This document shows positions 11,926-22,453 of a stretch of 64,000 nt of DNA, piece by piece. The notes under the pieces were generated by a model. The model was not told the DNA's origin. It ran no database searches and was given only the letters and a program-made list of their open reading frames with translations. The stretch is taken from assembly GCA_963817955.1 (NCBI GenBank), contig CAWFQK010000002.1, positions 64,001-128,000 on the forward strand, read 5' to 3'. Position numbers and translations under genes: made by a program. Position 1 is the first letter of the stretch. Every line of letters starts with the position of its first letter. The DNA comes from an uncultured Gemmatimonadaceae bacterium (GTDB lineage Bacteria > Gemmatimonadota > Gemmatimonadetes > Gemmatimonadales > Gemmatimonadaceae).

Positions 11926-12457
11926 TCGAACGTGGAGCAGTGGCGCCTATCTCGCCGAGTTCGGGTCGGCAGACGAGGCTCGGCGCGCCATCCAGGCGCT
12001 CGAAGAACATGGCTACACAGGCATCGAGACGTATTCGCCCGTCCCGATCACGCACGGGCTGAAGCAGAGCAGGTCTCGACTTCCCATAGTGGTCTTTCTC
12101 GCCGGACTGGGCGGCGGCATCGCGAGCTATGCAATTCAATGGTATGCCGACGCCTACGCGTACCCACTCGACATCGGCGGCCGACCCGCCCACGCCGTTC
12201 CCGCCTTCATCATTCCGACGTTCGAGGGCACGGTACTGTGCGCAGCACTTGCTGCTTTCTTTGGATTCTTCGTCATCACACGACTGCCGCAGCCATATCA
12301 TCCCGTGTTCGAGATCGATGGATTCGAGCGCGCCACCGTCGATCGCTACTGGATCGCAGTCGATGCAGCCGATCACCGCTCTTCTCCGGACCTGACCCCG
12401 CGGGAGCTCTATCGGCTCGATCCGCTTCGAGTGGTCACGCTCGAGGCCGCGACATGA
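11918..12457 (+). CDS. actD: Alternative complex III subunit D (DUF3341)
   Basis: LAEF...ETYSP, two TM helices, IGGRP...[18 protein letters not shown]. Confidence 0.9.
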   Translation: MRDRTWSSGAYLAEFGSADEARRAIQALEEHGYTGIETYSPVPITHGLKQSRSRLPIVVFLAGLGGGIASYAIQWYADAYAYPLDIGGRPAHAVPAFIIPTFEGTVLCAALAAFFGFFVITRLPQPYHPVFEIDGFERATVDRYWIAVDAADHRSSPDLTPRELYRLDPLRVVTLEAAT

Positions 12458-13098
12458 CCCGAACGCTGCGCTGGCCGGTCGTGATCCTTGTCGCGCTCGT
12501 GGCAGGATGTACAGCGTCCCGCGAACGCGAGCGCGTCGACTTCGAGCGAATGCGTATCCAGCAACGATACGGCCTGTACGGCGCGAGCAGGGTCTTTTCC
12601 AACGGGCAGAGCATGCAGCAGCCACCAGCAGGGACGGTGAGCCGTGAGGCAGCAGCACAGATGCTCAGCACCGGCATAGATGAAGCGGATTCAGCGTCCA
12701 CAGTCAGCGTGACCACCATTCCCTTGCCTGTGACACCGGCCTTGTTGGACCGCGGCCGAAACCGCTTCGCCATCTATTGTGCAGTGTGCCACGGCGCGGG
12801 GGGCTTTGGAGGCAGCCTCGTCGCGGCGAACATGGGCCAGCCACGTCCGCCGTCGCTGCGCACGGCCATGATGCGCACGCATCCAGTGGGATACATCTTC
12901 GGTGTGGCAACGCACGGCAAGGGGCGCATGCCCCCGTACGCGCCGCAACTCACGCCTGACGATCGCTGGGCGATTGTCGCGTACATTCGGCAACTGCAGG
13001 CGACTGGAGCGCTGACGCCTGACGAACGCGCCGACTCGCTCCGCGCCCAACAACTCCGTACGATCGATTCGATCGCGGCGGCGGAGCGTCCGCGATGA
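12454..13098 (+). CDS. actE: Alternative complex III monoheme cytochrome c lipoprotein
   Basis: Lipobox LVAGC, PPAGTV, CAVCH, MPPY; ATGA overlaps. Confidence 0.9.
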   Translation: MTRTLRWPVVILVALVAGCTASRERERVDFERMRIQQRYGLYGASRVFSNGQSMQQPPAGTVSREAAAQMLSTGIDEADSASTVSVTTIPLPVTPALLDRGRNRFAIYCAVCHGAGGFGGSLVAANMGQPRPPSLRTAMMRTHPVGYIFGVATHGKGRMPPYAPQLTPDDRWAIVAYIRQLQATGALTPDERADSLRAQQLRTIDSIAAAERPR

Positions 13099-14255
13099 AG
13101 GCCCCGCTGCCGACATCATGGATCCGTGTTGCGCTCGTTGGCGCAATCTGCATGATCGTGGGTTTCATCGTCGCGCCTGCGCGCGCAGCCGCCGCCTACC
13201 TCGTCGCGTATGGTGCCTGCGTCGGCGTGGCACTCGGCGCGCTGGCCCTCGTGATGATCGCGCGAGTCACAGCCGCCAATTGGTTCGTTGCCATTCGCCG
13301 GCAGGCGGAGCAGATCATGGCGACCTTGCCGGTGTTTGCGCTGCTGCTCATACCGGTGCTGCTGTCGAGTCGTCTCCTCTACCGATGGACCGCGCCGAAT
13401 GAGCGGCTGCCCGAAACGACTCGCGTGGCGGTTCACGCCACGGCGGCGTATTTGAACACCCCGTTCTTCGTGGTGCGAGCGCTCGTCTATTTCGGCGTAT
13501 GGATACTCATTTCCACGTTGCTGCGGCGTGCCTCGCTGGCACAGGATCGCGGGGATTCGCCGGCGCTCGAGCGACGCATGTACGTGGTGAGCGCCATCGG
13601 GTTGGTCGCGTTTGCGTTCACCGTGAGCTTCGCGGCCTTCGACTGGTTCATGTCATTGTCGCCAGGATGGTACTCGACGATTTACGGCATCGATTACTTC
13701 GCCGGGGCCATGGTCGGCGCGCTGGCACTCGTCACCGTTATTGTCGCGGCCGAGCGCCGCCATGGCGTGCTGCCGTCTGAGATCGGCTCCGATCACTTCC
13801 ATGCGCTTGCCAAACTGCTGCTCACCTTCGTGTTGTTCTGGGTCTACATCGGCTTCGCGCAATTGATCGTGATCTGGAGCGCTGAGATCCCCGCAGAGCG
13901 CGGCTGGTACGCATTGCGCATGCGTGGCGGTTGGCGCGTACTCGGCGCGATCGTGCTGCTCGGCCACTTCGCCCTTCCCTTCTGTGCGCTGCTCGTCCGC
14001 GCCATCAAACGCAGCCCAAGCGCGATGGCGATCATTGGGGCGTGCCTGCTCGTCGTGCACTATCTCGACATGTATTGGGTGGCCATGCCCGACGCGCCGT
14101 TTACCGGCGGGTGGGGTGTGGCGCTCGACGCTGGCGCATTGCTGTTCATCGCCGGCACTGCCGGTGCCACATGGGTGATACGGCGTGCCGGCGAGCCGAG
14201 CGTCGCCGAGGGCGATCCGCGATTGCCCGACTCGCTCCAGTACTCCGTCGAATAG
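13095..14255 (+). CDS. actF: Alternative complex III subunit F (membrane subunit)
   Basis: ~10 TM helices, YLN.PFF..R, DWFMSL.P.WYSTIYG, Q.IVIW. Confidence 0.88.
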   Translation: MKAPLPTSWIRVALVGAICMIVGFIVAPARAAAAYLVAYGACVGVALGALALVMIARVTAANWFVAIRRQAEQIMATLPVFALLLIPVLLSSRLLYRWTAPNERLPETTRVAVHATAAYLNTPFFVVRALVYFGVWILISTLLRRASLAQDRGDSPALERRMYVVSAIGLVAFAFTVSFAAFDWFMSLSPGWYSTIYGIDYFAGAMVGALALVTVIVAAERRHGVLPSEIGSDHFHALAKLLLTFVLFWVYIGFAQLIVIWSAEIPAERGWYALRMRGGWRVLGAIVLLGHFALPFCALLVRAIKRSPSAMAIIGACLLVVHYLDMYWVAMPDAPFTGGWGVALDAGALLFIAGTAGATWVIRRAGEPSVAEGDPRLPDSLQYSVE

Positions 14256-14264
14256 AGGCTGGCG

Positions 14265-14765
14265 ATGAAGGTGAGGCGCGCGCTCTTTTCCGGTGTCATC
14301 GGATCCGTACTCGTCCTGATTCTCGTGTGGATGGGCGGCAGGCTCGGCGACGCCGACGCCGACCTCGCGGCATTGACTGCCGCTGTGCTGTTCCGAAACG
14401 CCGCTGGCGCCGCTTGGGTCGGAGGGTTCGTCGCACAACTCATCGTCGGCGCGATCGCCGGCGTGGTGTACTGCGGAATCTTCGAGCTCGTGACCGAGCG
14501 CGCGGGTGCGTGGATCGGCCTCGCGGTCGCGATTCCGCACGCGATCATCGCGGGCCTCGCCGTCGGCTTTCTGCCGGCACACCGGATGCTCGATGCAGGC
14601 GTCGCGCCTCCGGGTGCATTTTATGAGTTTCGTGGTGCTTGGTGCATCGCGGCCTTCGTGCTCGCCCACCTTGCGTTTGGATGCTCGATCGGCGCCATGT
14701 ATGGGCAAACGACACACACCTACGCTCGCGTGCGACGGCATTGGGCCGAGGCGTCACGCGTCTGA
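14265..14765 (+). CDS. Hypothetical multi-pass membrane protein
   Basis: 166 aa with several hydrophobic segments, RBS-like GAGG, co-directional with the operon. Confidence 0.7.
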   Translation: MKVRRALFSGVIGSVLVLILVWMGGRLGDADADLAALTAAVLFRNAAGAAWVGGFVAQLIVGAIAGVVYCGIFELVTERAGAWIGLAVAIPHAIIAGLAVGFLPAHRMLDAGVAPPGAFYEFRGAWCIAAFVLAHLAFGCSIGAMYGQTTHTYARVRRHWAEASRV

Positions 14766-14858
14766 TGAGGCTCGGCGGGTCGGTATGCTTTTTGTACATC
14801 GACGGTTCTCGCCGCAACCCGGCACTTCCACCCGGGCCTGCCGCTTTGGAGCGCTATC

Positions 14859-16757
14859 GTGACATCGATTGCCGACCGGATCAGTGAGGATGATCTCGCC
14901 CTCGAGCACCGACTCACCGATCTGTGGCAAACACCGCACAATTGGCTTGGGTGGCTGTCCACGGTCGATCACAAGACGCTTGGCAAGCGGTACATCTATA
15001 CGGCCTTTGGATTCTTCTTCCTCGGCGGTGTCGAAGCCACGATCATGCGCACCCAGTTGGCGCGCCCGGACAATCACCTCCTGTCACCCGGCGTGTACAA
15101 CCAGCTCATGACGATGCACGGCGTGACGATGATGTTCCTCTTCGTTCAGCCGGTGCTCTCGGGCTTCAGTTTCTATCTCACCCCGCTGATGATCGGTGCG
15201 CGCGAGTTGGCGTTTCCGCGGTTGAACGCGTTCAGCTATTACGTGTTCCTGCTCGCTGGCGTGTTCATGTACGCGAGCTTCGCCGTTGGACAGGCCCCGA
15301 ACGCCGGATGGTTCAACTACACCCCGCTCGCGAGCGTGAACTACAACCCCGGCTTCAACATCGACTTCTACTGCCTGGGACTGATGTTCCTGGGGATCGC
15401 GACAACCGTCGGATCCGCGAACTCGATCGTCACGATTCTCAAGCTTCGCGCGCCTGGCATGTCGATCGACCGCATGCCGCTGTTCATGTGGAGCTCGTTG
15501 ACGGTATCGGTGGCGGTGATCTTCTGCATGCCCCCACTCACCGCCGCGCTCGGCTTCCTCGAGTTGGAGCGCCGCTGGCACTTCGTGTTCTTCGACCCCA
15601 CGCATGGCGGATCTGCACTCCTCTGGCAGCACCTCTTCTGGGTGTTTGGTCATCCGTGGGTGTACGTCGTATTTCTGCCGGCCACGGGAATGCTCTCGAT
15701 GGTCATTCCCACGTTCTGCCGTCGGCCAATGGTCGGACACGTCTACATGGCTCTGGCGACGGTCGCGACTGGGCTGATCGGCTTCGGCGTATGGGTTCAC
15801 CACATGTTCGCGACCGGACTGCCGCAACTGTCCATGAGCTTCTTCGGGGCCGCGAGCATGACCGTCTCCATTCCCAGCGCGGTCACGATCTTTGGCTGGC
15901 TGGCCACGATGTGGTACGGCCGCGTGGTGTTCGCCACGCCAATGCTGTTCGCAATGGGGTTCATCTTTCAGTTCGTCATCGGAGGTATCAGTGGTGTGAT
16001 GACGGCCGCCGTGCCGTTCGATTGGCAGGTGACCGACACCTACTTCATCGTCGCGCACATTCACTACGTTCTCGCCGGCGGCACGCTGTTCGGCGTGATG
16101 GCGGCGATCTACTACTGGGCGCCGAAGATGTTCGGCGTCATGATGAGCGAAGCGCTCGGGAAGCTGAGCTTCTGGCTGATGTTCATCGGTTTCAACGTCG
16201 CCTTTTTTCCGATGCACATCAGTGGGCTCATCGGCATGCCACGCCGCGTGTACACCTACAGCGCCGCCAGCGGGTTCGCGTCGATGAATCTGCTCTCGAC
16301 GATCGGGACCTATATCCTCGCCGTCGGACTCCTGGTCACGCTCTGGAACTTCATTCGGAGCCGTCTCGCGGGCGCCCCCGCCGCCAGCAACCCATGGGGT
16401 GCGGCGTCGCTCGAGTGGCTCACGGCATCACCACCAGAGCATTTCGACTTTGCTCATATTCCTGTCGTTCACTCGCGTGAGCCACTCTGGGATGGCGGCT
16501 ACTCGCAAGGGCCCGCCTTTGACGAGGCGCGGCTCACGCCGCGCACGTCCGCGCTCGACGCGACGCTCGAGGAGCCGGTGGTGATGCCGACCGACAGCGT
16601 GTGGAGCATCCTCATGCCGTTCACCCTGCTGCTCGCCTGTGCGGCGCTGCTCGTGCATTCGTACACCTGGGCAGCGATCGGAGCCGCCGCGACTCTAATC
16701 TGCATGGCGCGCTGGATGTGGCCGAGTTCCGCGCGGGTGCTGAAGACTGAAGTATGA
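14859..16757 (+). CDS. ctaD: Heme-copper oxidase subunit I (A-family-like scaffold, non-canonical proton channels)
   Basis: MTMHG, GHPWVY, VWVHHM, AHIHY, GMPRR. Confidence 0.93.
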   Translation: MTSIADRISEDDLALEHRLTDLWQTPHNWLGWLSTVDHKTLGKRYIYTAFGFFFLGGVEATIMRTQLARPDNHLLSPGVYNQLMTMHGVTMMFLFVQPVLSGFSFYLTPLMIGARELAFPRLNAFSYYVFLLAGVFMYASFAVGQAPNAGWFNYTPLASVNYNPGFNIDFYCLGLMFLGIATTVGSANSIVTILKLRAPGMSIDRMPLFMWSSLTVSVAVIFCMPPLTAALGFLELERRWHFVFFDPTHGGSALLWQHLFWVFGHPWVYVVFLPATGMLSMVIPTFCRRPMVGHVYMALATVATGLIGFGVWVHHMFATGLPQLSMSFFGAASMTVSIPSAVTIFGWLATMWYGRVVFATPMLFAMGFIFQFVIGGISGVMTAAVPFDWQVTDTYFIVAHIHYVLAGGTLFGVMAAIYYWAPKMFGVMMSEALGKLSFWLMFIGFNVAFFPMHISGLIGMPRRVYTYSAASGFASMNLLSTIGTYILAVGLLVTLWNFIRSRLAGAPAASNPWGAASLEWLTASPPEHFDFAHIPVVHSREPLWDGGYSQGPAFDEARLTPRTSALDATLEEPVVMPTDSVWSILMPFTLLLACAALLVHSYTWAAIGAAATLICMARWMWPSSARVLKTEV

Positions 16758-17323
16758 GTACTCTCAAGTCGCAGGTCGGCTGGTGGGGCATGGTCATCTT
16801 TCTCCTCAACGAGGGGGCGCTCTTCGCGTCACTGCTCGCCAGCTACTTCTATCTCGGCCTCGCGAACGCATTCTGGCCCCCCGCGGGAACACCGAAACCG
16901 GGGCTCACGCTGCCGCTCATCATGACGGCCGTCCTGCTCTCCAGCAGCGTCGTCTGCATCCTCGCCGAGCGAGCGCACACCCGCGGCAACAAGCCCGCGT
17001 ACCGGGCCGGCACGCTCGCGACCATGCTGCTCGGCCTCGTCTTCCTGCTGATCCAGGCGCGCGAGTACCACAATAAGCTCCAGCATGCCGGCCCAACCGG
17101 CCATGCGTACGAATCGATCTTCTTCACGATTACGGGCCTGCACGGGGCGCACGTCGCGTTTGGCCTGCTGTTCCTGGGCTGGGCGTTGCTGCGCGAGTGG
17201 CGCGGCACGGCGCCGCCTCGCCGCTCGCTCGCGATCAAGAATGCGTCGGCCTATTGGCACTTCGTCGACGGCGTGTGGCTGGCAATCCTGACGTCGCTGT
17301 ACCTCTCGCCGCGTTGGTACTAG
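16754..17323 (+). CDS. ctaE: Cytochrome c oxidase subunit III (short form)
   Basis: FLLNEGALF, TGLHGAHV, YWHFVDGVW. Confidence 0.9.
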   Translation: MSTLKSQVGWWGMVIFLLNEGALFASLLASYFYLGLANAFWPPAGTPKPGLTLPLIMTAVLLSSSVVCILAERAHTRGNKPAYRAGTLATMLLGLVFLLIQAREYHNKLQHAGPTGHAYESIFFTITGLHGAHVAFGLLFLGWALLREWRGTAPPRRSLAIKNASAYWHFVDGVWLAILTSLYLSPRWY

Positions 17324-17332
17324 GAGCCGCTC

Positions 17333-17761
17333 ATGACTGCCTCGCAAGCAACGCATGAAGCACGGCTGCAGGACCTGCCCGTCGGACTCACACGCTTGTG
17401 GGCTGGCGTTCTTGCCGCACCAATCGCTTGGGTCTTGATGGAAATGGTCGGCTACTATTTGGCAGCGCGGAGCTGCGAGCCGGGCACCGGCGGCGTTCCC
17501 TTGCTCGGCACCGCCGCGCCGCGCGTCACGCAGGTGGTGTTGGACGTCGTCGCGCTCGCGGCGGCGGTGTTTGGCCTGGTGCTCTCGATCGGAAGCCGGC
17601 GTGCCCTACAGCCGCAGCCCCCCCGTGACTCGACACCCGAACAGGGCCGCGCCCATTTCATGGCGCTCGTCGGTGTCTTCACGAGCGCACTCTTTATCGG
17701 CGGAATCGTCCTGTTCGGCATCCCGCCCTTTCTCGTGAACGCCTGCAGCCAGGCCCGCTGA
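17333..17761 (+). CDS. Hypothetical 3-TM membrane protein of the oxidase cluster
   Basis: LWAGVLAAPIAW...Y....C, C-terminal Cys; abuts next gene. Confidence 0.75.
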   Translation: MTASQATHEARLQDLPVGLTRLWAGVLAAPIAWVLMEMVGYYLAARSCEPGTGGVPLLGTAAPRVTQVVLDVVALAAAVFGLVLSIGSRRALQPQPPRDSTPEQGRAHFMALVGVFTSALFIGGIVLFGIPPFLVNACSQAR

Positions 17762-18921
17762 TGATCGCGGCCGCGTTGGCGCTGACGGCGCTCGTCTATG
17801 CACTTGGGCTGAGGGCCGCGTGGACGCGTGCCGGGAACGGGCGCGGTATCACGCGAGCGCAAGCGGCAGTATTCGCGGCGGGGCTGTTCGTCATTGCGGC
17901 GGCATTGCTGTCACCCCTCGACGCCATGGCTGATGATTTGTTCTCCGCGCACATGGTGCAACACCTCCTGCTTGCCGTCGTCGCGCCGCCCTTGTTGGTA
18001 TTCGGGGCGCCGTTCACCGCGGTCGTCTGGGCACTGCCGTTCCACCGGCGCCTCGCGGTCGTCCGTTTCGTTCAGCGTCGGACGGCTCTGCGCGCGCTAT
18101 GGCTCACGATAACGGCCCCCCGCCTCGGCTGGCTCCTACACCTTGTTGCGATGTGGGCGTGGCACGCACCGGCGCTGTTCCAGATGGCACTGCATAACGA
18201 CGCCATCCACGCAGCCGAGCATCTGTCGTTCGTAGGCACCGGCGTGCTCGTTTGGTGGCCAATCGCTCATCCGCGAACGGCGCGCCGTACGGCATACGCG
18301 CTTGGCATCGCAACGCTGTTCCTGACCGCGATGCAGACCGGCGTGCTCGGCGCACTCATCGCACTGTCGCACCACGTGCTCTATCCCGCGCAGGCAGCCG
18401 GCGCCGCGCGATGGGGACTATCGGCCATGGACGATCAAACGCTGGCGGGACTGATCATGTGGGTGCCCGGTGGACTGCTGTACGTGGCGGCGATGAGCGT
18501 GTTGTTCGTGAAGTGGCTGCAGCCAGCGAAGCCACGTCATGCGCCTGCACGTCTCGCGCCCTCGCTCGCGAGTTCCATTCTGGTGATGATCGTCATCACT
18601 GCCACGGCGTGCTCGGGCACCGACGTGAGCGTCGTTCCCGGGGGAGACGTCAGCCGCGGCAAACACGCGATTGAAGCGACGGGCTGCGGCGCCTGTCATA
18701 CGATCAGCGGCGTTCCGAACGCACACGGCGAGGTCGGCCCCCCACTCACCGGCATCGCTCGGCGCTCCATCATCGCGGGCGAACTCGCGAACACGCCGGA
18801 CAACATGATACGCTGGATCCAGAATCCGCAGTCGGTCGAGCCGAACACGGCGATGCCGAACCTCGGTGTCAATGCGCAGGCGGCGCGGGACATCACGGCC
18901 TACCTGTTCACGTTGCGCTGA
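17761..18921 (+). CDS. ctaG: Caa3-type CtaG assembly factor fused to a c-type cytochrome
   Basis: FSAHMVQHLLL, WAWH.P, DQ.LAGLIMWVP, then CGACH...AMPNL. Confidence 0.85.
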   Translation: MIAAALALTALVYALGLRAAWTRAGNGRGITRAQAAVFAAGLFVIAAALLSPLDAMADDLFSAHMVQHLLLAVVAPPLLVFGAPFTAVVWALPFHRRLAVVRFVQRRTALRALWLTITAPRLGWLLHLVAMWAWHAPALFQMALHNDAIHAAEHLSFVGTGVLVWWPIAHPRTARRTAYALGIATLFLTAMQTGVLGALIALSHHVLYPAQAAGAARWGLSAMDDQTLAGLIMWVPGGLLYVAAMSVLFVKWLQPAKPRHAPARLAPSLASSILVMIVITATACSGTDVSVVPGGDVSRGKHAIEATGCGACHTISGVPNAHGEVGPPLTGIARRSIIAGELANTPDNMIRWIQNPQSVEPNTAMPNLGVNAQAARDITAYLFTLR

Positions 18922-18933
18922 GCGACGAGTGAT

Positions 18934-19924
18934 ATGATCCGGATCCGCCACGGTAGCGTGCTCCTGGCGCTGGTCGTCGCCACGTCGTGCGGAACGCCAC
19001 TGTCGATGTTTTCGACAGCGAGCGAGTCTGCGGAGCGCATCTCGAGGCTCGCATGGTTCATGATTGTCCTGTCCGCAGTGATCTTCGTCGCCGTGGTGGC
19101 GATCATGGCCGCGGCGGCGATCCGCAATCGGGCGCGCAATCCAGCGGACGTTGATCTCACCGATCCGGGCGCTGGGTGGATCGTTTGGGGCGGCGCGGTG
19201 CTGCCGGGCATCGTGTTGCTGGCAACCTTCACCGTCGCGATGGCGGCGATGGGCCGCTTTCCTGCGTCGCGGCCCGTTGTGACGATTCACGTCACGGCAC
19301 ACCAGTGGTGGTGGCAAGCGGATTATGAGTTCCCGCAAGTGTCCCAGCAGTTCCACACGGCGAACGAATTTCACATTCCGGTTGGGCGCCCGGTGCGCTT
19401 CATCCTCACCAGCGCCGACGTCATCCACAGCTTCTGGGTGCCACAACTGCAAGGCAAGCTCGACGTGATCCCGGGCGACACAAATGATCTTCGGCTCATT
19501 GCCAGGCGCGCGGGACGATACGCCGGCGCGTGCGCCGAGTACTGTGGAGCGCAACACGCACACATGGGGTTCACGGTGGTCGCCGAAGACAGCGCATCGT
19601 TCGCACGTTGGGCCGCCGGGCAGCTCGCCAATGGAGCGCAACCGAAGGATTCACTCACAGCCGAAGGGCAGAGGCTGTTCGTTACTGGTCCGTGCGCATC
19701 GTGTCACACGGTTCGCGGGACACCAGCGTTCGGACAAGTCGGGCCGGACCTCACACACGTCGGCGGTCGTCTCACGATCGCCGCGGGCACGCTGCCGAAC
19801 ACGCTCGGGAATATCGAAGGCTGGATCGCCAATCCCCAATCGCTCAAGCCGGAAACCAAGATGCCAACGTTGAACGTGTACACCGGAGCGCAACTTCGCG
19901 CCCTGGCCAGCTACATATCGAGCC

Positions 19925-19932
<8 letters not shown>
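18934..19932 (+). CDS. ctaC: Cytochrome c oxidase subunit II with C-terminal cytochrome c (caa3 type)
   Basis: HQWWW, DVIHSFW, CuA motif CAEYCGAQHAHM, CASCH. Confidence 0.93.
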
Positions 19933-20803
<871 letters not shown>

Positions 20804-20840
20804 GCCGCGGCGGCTGGGTCCGTTCATGACGCGGGGGGCG

Positions 20841-20856
20841 TGCAACAGCTGTACCG
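20841..20856 (-). promoter_or_regulatory. Candidate sigma-54 promoter of yihY
   Basis: Minus strand CGGTACAGCTGTTGCA = GG-N10-GC, ~40 nt upstream of the start. Confidence 0.4.
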
Positions 20857-21045
20857 GGGAGTCGGACGGGCAGATGCGAGATGACAGGCGTCTGAGTTTG
20901 GGCGGCGACGATAGGGCTGCTCTTCCTACACCTACTATCCGATCGGGCGACAGATGGTGCGTGGATTGGAGTCCGTGTGTTGACCGGCGCGATATCGCTG
21001 GCTGCTCCGTAGCGGTCGGCCCACCGGTCGGCGAGTTTCGAGTTG

Positions 21046-21236
21046 CCAGTTGTGAGTGATGCGTGGTGCGTTTTTTACAACTCACAACTCACGACTCACA
21101 ACTGGACACCCGAACCTCGCCGACCGGCGATAGTGGCCTGCGAGCCAAGCGCCCTGGTGCACATGACCCGTATACTCACAACGCACAACTCACAACTCAC
21201 AACTCACAACTCACAACTCACAACTGACAACTGACC
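21046..21236. repeat. Heptamer tandem repeats (ACTCACA) with an inverted copy
   Basis: 9 units at 21174-21236, 3 units at 21080-21100; CCAGTTGTGAGT (21046-21057) pairs with ACTCACAACTGG (21094-21105). Confidence 0.9.
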
Positions 21237-21245
21237 ACCCGCGAT

Positions 21246-21295
21246 GCCTGTCATCCTGAGCGAAGGCCTGTCATCCTGAGCGAAGCGAAGGATCT
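21246..21295. repeat. REP-like element GTCATCCTGAGCGAAGCGAAGGATCT with a tandem duplication
   Basis: 20-bp direct repeat GCCTGTCATCCTGAGCGAAG at 21246 and 21266. Confidence 0.7.
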
Positions 21296-21451
21296 CCATG
21301 TCGTCTGCGCGATGCGCGTACGACGTGCACGTGAACGCACCAATATGTCTCCTGACGCGGGAGAGTCTCCCGCCAGCGGATGCAACACGCCTGTCCGGAT
21401 TGTCATGCGTGCTCGATGCCGAGCGGCGTTGCGCTGGCACCGTAAGTCCAG

Positions 21452-21973
21452 TCAGGGACGGATGTCGACAACGGGCGTGCCGGCGTGGGTTCGGGCGTAC
21501 TCGAGGATCAGTCGGTCGGTCGTGACGAGTGGCACGCCGTCGAGCTGCGCCATCGCCATCAGCATGCGATCGGCCGGATCATTGTGCGCCGTGCCGGCGA
21601 GCCGCGTGCTTTGGAGGAGGACCGGTCGCGTGAGCGGGCGAAAGCGAATGCCCGGAGCTTGCTCGGCACGTTGAAGCCACACGGCGACATCCACGGCGAA
21701 GGTGAGCTTCCCCTTCGCCGCTTTGACGGCGACCTCCCAATACGAGATGTCGCACACGAAGAGCCGCGAATGCGCCCCGCTTCGGTCGAGGAGCGCCGTG
21801 ACCCCCGGTGCGAAGTGCGCGGCGTCCCCCGTGACGTGCCAGATCCAGACGTGCGTATCGAGGAGAAGCGGGCCGTCATACGTGGCAAGGTCCGTCGGTG
21901 TCCAGACGCGCGCCCCTGGGTCGGCGGTTGGCCCCGAGCGGCCTGCGGCGCCGCGCGTCGGTGGATGCCTCAC
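21452..21973 (-). CDS. vapC: VapC PIN-domain toxin
   Basis: LLLDTHVWIW, ISYWE, HNDPADR, LVTTD; GTG start overlaps antitoxin stop. Confidence 0.88.
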   Translation of the reverse strand: MRHPPTRGAAGRSGPTADPGARVWTPTDLATYDGPLLLDTHVWIWHVTGDAAHFAPGVTALLDRSGAHSRLFVCDISYWEVAVKAAKGKLTFAVDVAVWLQRAEQAPGIRFRPLTRPVLLQSTRLAGTAHNDPADRMLMAMAQLDGVPLVTTDRLILEYARTHAGTPVVDIRP

Positions 21974-22260
21974 CCGAGGTCGCCCCATGCCTCGAAGTCG
22001 GGCTCGACGATGTCCTCGTGCGCGAGCAGCGTGCCGCGCATGAAACCGAACGCACTCGGCGCCCGGGTGTCCGGCGGCACCACCTTCGCCACAATCTCGC
22101 CACGCTTCGTCACTACGACCTCGATCTCCTGGTCGTGGACTTGATCGAGGAGCTGCAGACAGGTGTCCTTGAAGACGCCGGCCTTCACCTCGATCACGTC
22201 GTGGGCGTCGAGACCGGTCGAAGCCGCTGGCGATGGCAGTTTCTTGTGCGATACGGCCAT
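21970..22260 (-). CDS. Phd/YefM family antitoxin
   Basis: FK..CL.LLD.V...VVTKRG..VAKVVP; strong RBS GGAGGAGG. Confidence 0.88.
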   Translation of the reverse strand: MAVSHKKLPSPAASTGLDAHDVIEVKAGVFKDTCLQLLDQVHDQEIEVVVTKRGEIVAKVVPPDTRAPSAFGFMRGTLLAHEDIVEPDFEAWGDLG

Positions 22261-22284
22261 GTGTGTCCTCCTCCAGTGACGATC

Positions 22285-22302
22285 GGCCACGTTGTTGTGG
22301 CC
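22285..22302. promoter_or_regulatory. Candidate TA operator GGCCAC-N6-GTGGCC
   Basis: Inverted repeat between the RBS and a minus-strand TATCAT -10-like box. Confidence 0.4.
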
Positions 22303-22453
22303 ATAGCCATGATACCACGGCCATATGCGGGGATCAAGGACAACCTTAGGGGGATGACCGGCTCAGGAGAGGTTCTATAGTCGGCTCTGGCGACTTCATG
22401 CGTATCGCTTCGTTTAACCCCGTTCGTAGCCGCATCTGAGAGAGCCGCTCAAC

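Noticed and set aside
14859..16757. Nitric oxide reductase or cbb3 oxidase
   Set aside because: Helix VI Tyr, a CuA subunit II and subunit III are present, pointing to an O2 reductase of A-like architecture
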